This document shows positions 58,001 through 64,000 of a stretch of 64,000 nucleotides of DNA, piece by piece (the stretch's first letter is position 1; every line of letters starts with the position of its first letter). Source of the stretch: Eledone cirrhosa (lineage: Eukaryota); assembly GCA_964016885.1 (NCBI GenBank), contig OZ024742.1, forward strand, positions 288,796,001 to 288,860,000, in the 5' to 3' direction. The notes below the pieces were generated by a model that was not told the origin of the DNA, did no database searches, and was given only the letters and a program-made list of their open reading frames with translations. Both the position numbers and the translations under genes were made by a program.

Positions 58001-58503
58001 TTACACGGTTCAGAAATATTCCCTTCTTTGAGCTATTTAATTGTAAAAGACTATTTCGAGTTTATAACTCAATATTTGATATATATATATATATTCAAAC
58101 ACATACACACATACGTATGTGTGTCCCTATTTATGCCCTGGTCAATAAAATAAGTACCAGACAAAATAGTACTTGAGTCGACATGAACGGGTAAATTCAT
58201 TCCATGCGGTACCCCAGCATGGCCGTAATCTAATTTTAATTACTAGCTAGGTGCTTCCTAAGGTTGTGGTGAATTTATACATTTCAGATATTATGTGCCA
58301 AGAATAGAACCGTAGAAAACACCCTTAAGTGTAGTTGGAAAGCTGAAGGTGTTATTTAAAATATAATTCCAGTGTTACTTGCTACAACGACTACAATTAA
58401 CGCAATAATTATAGTTTTCTAACCACAACATTTAATCATCGTAAACTGCCGAATACGACTGCAACTGTAATAAGTAGTTAAAAACGAAGCGAAAATTCGT
58501 GCA

Positions 58504-58575
58504 GGTTCTATGGTGTAATGGTTAGCACTCTGGACTCTGAATCCAGCGATCCGAGTTCGAGTCTCGGTAGAACCT
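58504..58575 (+). tRNA. trnQ-CUG: tRNA-Gln (anticodon CTG)
   Basis: GGTTCTA/TAGAACC acceptor stem, CTGGA-CT-CTG-AA-TCCAG anticodon arm, GTTCGA T-loop, no encoded CCA. Confidence 0.96.
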
Positions 58576-58584
58576 CATGTAATA

Positions 58585-58592
58585 TTTTTTTT
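58585..58592 (+). terminator. Pol III oligo-T terminator
   Basis: T run ~10 nt downstream of the tRNA. Confidence 0.8.
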
Positions 58593-59226
58593 ATTACAGA
58601 ATAAGAGGGAAGTTTAATTGATTGTTTGACTATATTGAAATTTAAGCTAATTTTTATGCATTTTTTTTGTGCATGCACATATAATTTTAGCGTGAAAAGG
58701 AGAAAGAAAAACGTCCTTATGATGAAAAGAAACTCAAGTTGTTTTTGAAAAATTTGAATATTTATACCTGTCGCAAGGACATAGCTGAAATAACCTCGTC
58801 TGTCTTGGAGGGTCTGCAAAGGTTAAGGGCTCAGTCCTTCTTGACTAGGCCACCCACTATCACCACCACCCACATTCTGAAATCAAATAAACATTTTAAT
58901 AATTAAATAACTCACTTCAAAACAATATGTCTGAAAGGATACATATAGAGGCCGAGGTTGGAGGAGATTGGCCACAAGGTTCACTTTGCTAGCTAAATCA
59001 AGGTCACCATATCCAGTCTTATCAACAAATTTTCTCCAGATGAAAGGAGATTCGACTATTTCCTTAATTCGACACGTTGCAATAATTCACAAGTAACATG
59101 TAAAACTGAAATAGAAAAGACGAAACGCACCTAGTTTCTCTTTATATATTACCTACTTAGTGTGTGCTGGACGTCAGTCGATTATGATGACGCGTGTTCC
59201 AATTGTTCAATCAATCTTCGTGAATT

Positions 59227-59703
59227 ACTGCAAGTGGCTGAGCATTCCACAGATACGTACACACTTAACATAGCTCCCAGTGAGATTCAATGTGATACAG
59301 TGTGTGATAAACCTGGCTCTGTAAATTACAGGTAGAGTCCATCTTGTATTATTGTGCAAGTGGCTGAGTTTTATACAAACACGTGTACTGATAACATATT
59401 TCTCAGTGAGATTCAGCATAACACAGTGAATAACAAAGCTGGTTCTTTGAATTACAAATACAGTTCGCCTTGTATTGTAGTGCAATTGGCTGAGCATTCC
59501 ACAGACGCATGTCCTTAACAGTGTTCTCAGAAAGATTCAGTATGATACATTAAGTTACGAGGGAGGCCCTTTGAATTACAGATACAGTACATCTTGTATT
59601 AAAGTGCAATTGACTGTGTATTTTATAGTCACGTATACTTTTAACCTAGTTCTCCAGGTGAGTCAGTGTAACTGTATATAACAAATCTGGTTCTTAGAAC
59701 TAC
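59227..59703 (+). repeat. Four tandem ~126-bp units of a dispersed repeat
   Basis: TGCAAGTGGCTGAGCATTCCACAGA...TTTGAATTACAG at 59229, 59355, 59481, 59605; also at ~15250-15455 and ~47045-47100(-). Confidence 0.85.
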
Positions 59704-59930
59704 AGCTGTGGAGTTCGAGTCGTATGGTGGAGCTGAGCCGCTGACAGCGAATTTCTTGTCATCATTTATGGCTCGTCTTACTGAGGTGTCAGGTTATGTC
59801 TTTGAGTGTACCTGGTTGTTTCCGTGCCTTAGCCTCGCCATCACCCGCAGTAATGCTGGGAGCGTGTTGACTTGCCTCAAAATTTTCCGTTGGTGGTGTG
59901 CAGCCGATTGTCGTACTTGGTGGTGATGAT
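59704..59930 (+). mobile_element. CRE-clade C-terminal remnant
   Basis: EFESYGG.EPLTANFLSS..ARLTEVSG....WLF..LSLAI.R.NA, homologous to 3664-3840. Confidence 0.75.
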
Positions 59931-60274
59931 GGTCGTTATTTTTCTTCTTTCCTTTTCTTTTTCTCTCGCTTTGACCATATATTTTTGTGCATTACATTTG
60001 TGTGGTTCCTAGCAAGGTACAATGCTTATCTTCTAGTTGAATCTACTGGGAGCAGCGTAAAATAGTCTCTCTCTCAATGACATTACGCACCGCCCGGTCA
60101 GCAAACCGAACATCCTAACCACTAAGCCATACGCCATCACAATTTGTTTAATATATACACTGCTAGAAGAACAGGCATCTTAAATGTTTACTTGTGTGTC
60201 TCATAACCACTTTTAATTTTTTTAGGTATCATAAAATTGTTGTGATACAAAGAGGTATCAATTATATTTTATTA

Positions 60275-60460
60275 TACAGAGCATATAAATAAATTTACAG
60301 TAGAATAACATAACAAATATGTTTTAAATATATACATAAATAACATTACAAATGCTTAGACAACATTATAAATTGCTCGCAATTCTTTCAGAAAGATATA
60401 TTCTTTTAATGTTGCAATATTAAAGAAAATGTAAAGGAAGGGGTGAACAACCGAGCCAAC
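60275..60460 (-). mobile_element. Copy of the CRE-associated 3' UTR sequence
   Basis: Reverse complement of ~3890-4110; a further piece lies at ~63255-63330. Confidence 0.7.
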
Positions 60461-60831
60461 ATGTTTTAACTTTTTCATCTTGGCTATCTGACCATTATAT
60501 ATATCATCACTCACCATAACCATTTTATGTCTATTTTCCATGCTTGGTTTTTGAAACTAGACGACTGTCTTGCTCATAGCAGGGTTTCTATGGCTTGATA
60601 CCCTTTCTAAAGTCAACTACTTCACGGTGTGCACCATGTTTATTTTCTCGGGGCACCACAACTACCCAAATGACAAGGTGGACTGATGCATTTTTGTGGC
60701 ACCAACACTATCATTTTACAGTATGGCCAGGATGCATTTTCTCATGGCGCTTGTATCCTTAGTCGGATTGACAAGAGAGTCGAGTTTAGGCTGCCTGTTA
60801 CTAGCCTATATATATATATATATATATATAC

Positions 60832-60862
<31 letters not shown>

Positions 60863-62277
60863 ATATTTATATATATATATATATATATATATCCGTAAGT
60901 GGTTGACAGCTGAGAGAAAAGAGTACTCAATACCGAAGTCATGACTCTGTGATAAACAGGCGAAACTCCAGAGTAACAAGACTCACTATTTAGCCTTAAT
61001 AAAATGAATGAATATATTGTTATTTACTATTATATCGAATATTAAAACAGCAATAAAATTATATAAAGTATATTCTTGAAGAAATGTATACTATATAAAC
61101 ACACTAAGGCGTATAAACAAAAATGAAGTGCGTTTCGTTATTTCGCAGTTTCCGTTTCGGTTTTACATTTTATTTCTGAATTGTCTCGTCGTATAAACAC
61201 TTTATTGGTGTTCAATTTATTGATCCCTAAAGCTTTTTCATCGAATTTCTTTTCTGAAAAATAATCACATATAAAAATGAACCACATTAGATTTGAGGGT
61301 CTTATGATTGCTTCATGGTCAAGGATGACAGAATGGTGAATGTGTTACCCAGGAGGATGTGATGTTCTGCAAGAGCCAGTCCATTCCGATCGTAGTAGAG
61401 AGAGGGGGCGGGTTCAGGGACACAAGACATAACATAAAATTCTGTATATAATATATATTGTGAATTTCAGCTCGCTTCCTGTAATTTTCCACTCTCTACG
61501 ACTTGTTGCCAAAAGACAAAGTCAGAGACGTTAGTGATAAGAATGGTAGAATAGGAGTCTGCAATGTAAATTTCAAATGGGCCTCTCTGCCTAAGGCCCA
61601 AATCAGTACCTTGTTACCCAACACAAAGGACAATGTAGCATAATTGCTTCTATTGAATCTGTCCATACTGTAGCTTTTGGTGGTCTTATTCACACCAGTC
61701 ACCAATTTAGTAATGCTCTCAAACCCACGAAGAGGCAGCCTTTACTCACCTTGTTGTAACTACATTGCTGGGTTGTGACAGTTTTCCTGATAATTAACAG
61801 TATCACCCATTACTCCATCTTCCCCAGTAGCTTACCGCTGTTCGGTCTGGATTTGCTTATTTATTTAGAAGGAGCCCACTTATATTGCAACTAATCATCA
61901 TAAATGGTGGTTGTTTCGCTATCTGCTACTTGTGACCCGTTTTCTAGCAGAACAGTTTTTTTTTTTAGGAACGTAAAAAAAAAAAATAGTCGGAGAGAAG
62001 AGAAAAGAAAGAAAGAAAAAAAACAAGAACAAGAGAAGACATGGACACTTACACATAACAGGGAATATTGGTGTTTCCTTCTAAATATTTTTGAGGTAAA
62101 CCAAGACACTCAGGGCATTTACTCAGGTGATAGAGGGTCTCTTAATTATATATAACAACAGGGAATGTTGGTGTTTCTCTCTAGACATATTTGAAGCAAA
62201 CCAAGACACTCAGGTAATAACAAGTCCCTTAATTATGAACCAAAATAAAAAGTGTTGCTGCTTTCTAACCATTATTG

Positions 62278-62466
62278 AGGGTGGATTGGCAGTATCAGTA
62301 GAGAGTCGGACGCCATGCTTTCCAGCATAGTTACGTCCCTTTACGGTCTGAGTTCAAATCCCGCCGAGGTTAACTTTGCCTTTCATCCTTACGGGGTCGA
62401 TAAAATAAAGTACCAGTAATGTACTGGGTAATTGCTGGCCTTGTGCCAAAAGTAGAAACAATTATT
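62278..62466 (+). mobile_element. SINE family 2, full length
   Basis: Near-identical to 10641-10826. Confidence 0.9.
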
Positions 62467-62499
62467 GAGGCAAGCCAAGACGCCTACGGCATTGCTGCA

Positions 62500-62930
62500 T
62501 GAATAAGGCTAAGGTGTTGGAATAACCAAGCATGCTCACCAACATCAACTGATAATTCAGTAAGATCAAGTGATAATGAGGCTAAGTTGCTGCAATAGCC
62601 AATCACTCAAACCAGCATCCCCTGTGGCTTCAGTAAGGCCAGGTGATAGCAAGGCTAAGACAATAAAATAGTCAAGCATCCCATCAGTATCACTTATACT
62701 TCAGTAATGTTAAGTGAGAGAGAGGCTAAGGTGCTGGAAAAGTCAAGCACCCTCACCAGCAGCACCTGATACTTCAGTAATGTTAGATGATAGAGGGGCT
62801 AAGGTGCTGGAATAGCCAAGTACCCGCACCAGCAACACATGATGTTTCAGTAAGACCAGGTAAAAGTGAGGCTAAGGTGCTGGAATAGTCAAACGCCCTC
62901 ACCAGTAGCACCTGATACTTCATTAAGGTA
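62500..62930. repeat. 73-bp tandem repeat, 6 diverged units
   Basis: GGCTAAG at 62507, 62580, 62653, 62724, 62797 and 62870. Confidence 0.9.
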
Positions 62931-64000
62931 AGCTACCATCGGGCCAGATCTCTAGTTTAAGATTAACTTTTTGTCCCCTAATCTCCTCCCAATTGTCTCA
63001 GTTGCATTGAAAAAGGTCATCAGCGCTATTCCTCCTCTTTTGGCTTGACCGGAGCTTGGCAAAATATTTTGCTGTACTTATTCTGGCTCTCAATGTCCTG
63101 GGTTCAAATCCCACCAAAGTCAACTTTGCTTTTGATCTTGTCGGGGCTCGATAAAAAAATATCACTCAAGGGTGGTGGATTAGTGGAATTGTTCAAGAAT
63201 CAATGAATTTATATTATTGTGTTATACACGGATTAGGCATTATATTCGTAATATCCTTCTGAATGAATTGCGAGCAATTTATAATGTTATTTACGCATTT
63301 GTAATGTTATTCTACTGTACATTTATACAATTGTAATAAAATTATTTGTATATATATTTAAAAAAATTGAAATAACTTGTATTTGTTCTGGCTATACGAG
63401 CTCAAATCCCACTGTGGCTTCCTTGGGTGGTAGACTTAACCCATCACTTGATTTAAAACCACCACATGATCCTTGGGCGCATTTCGTAGTGTTTATTCTG
63501 TTGCAAGCATTCAGGCCTGGTCAATGCTTTGGTGATATTTCCCTCTTTTCCTCCCTATAGCTCCGGAGATCCTGGTAAAAGTCATGGGCACTGCTTAATA
63601 ATATAAAAAGTAATTTAAAAAAAAAACAAATTTATATAAACCTATTATATTAAAGTGAAAGTAAAACTTCTACATGTAAGTATCTAAAAAAAATTAATTC
63701 ATATCAAGTTAACTTACATGTGTACATTGACTTTTATTTATTTCGTATATTTATTTATTTATTTTACATGTACTTCTTTCGAAATATCGCTACCTCACAT
63801 CTATTTTTTCACTTTATTTTTACTTTCACTTTAATATATAGCAATTTACCCAAACTACAAGGCCTAGTGATAATGTTAGAAGAGGCTCGCAGTAAATGGT
63901 GACTGTTTAGAGTTATCTCCCCTGACTGAGTGAATTAACATGGCTGCAAAGTTACCTCACAACCTCAGAAGTGGCAAATTAATTCTCGATGTTTCCAGTT

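Noticed and set aside
60935-60985. Hammerhead related to 2072-2124
   Set aside because: GAAACTCCAGAGTAACAAGAC is retained but the CUG core and 5' stem I are lost; non-functional remnant.

Overview
Eukaryotic, AT-rich, repeat-dense DNA with no recognisable host protein-coding gene and no prokaryotic operon or CRISPR. The repeat repertoire resembles an octopod cephalopod (inference). Most ORF-track entries are artefacts of (TA)n tracts, minisatellites or antisense LINE frames. Real content: (1) many RTE-clade LINE copies (APE + RT with a PHD-like Cys/His insert), one with an uninterrupted ~1030-aa ORF; (2) several Penelope-like element (PLE) families, including a near-intact Naiad-type copy with direct and inverted pseudo-LTRs (pLTRs); (3) CRE- and R4/Dong-type fragments; (4) tRNA-derived SINEs, MITEs and a short Helitron; (5) minisatellites; (6) one intact tRNA-Gln(CTG). 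The most striking unannotated signal is about 17 type-I hammerhead ribozyme motifs, folded by eye, in PLE termini and in short modules stacked inside (TA)n tracts. They include U3:A8 core covariants, helix III made of UAUAUA, and one with a ~100-nt stem II. Element boundaries are approximate.
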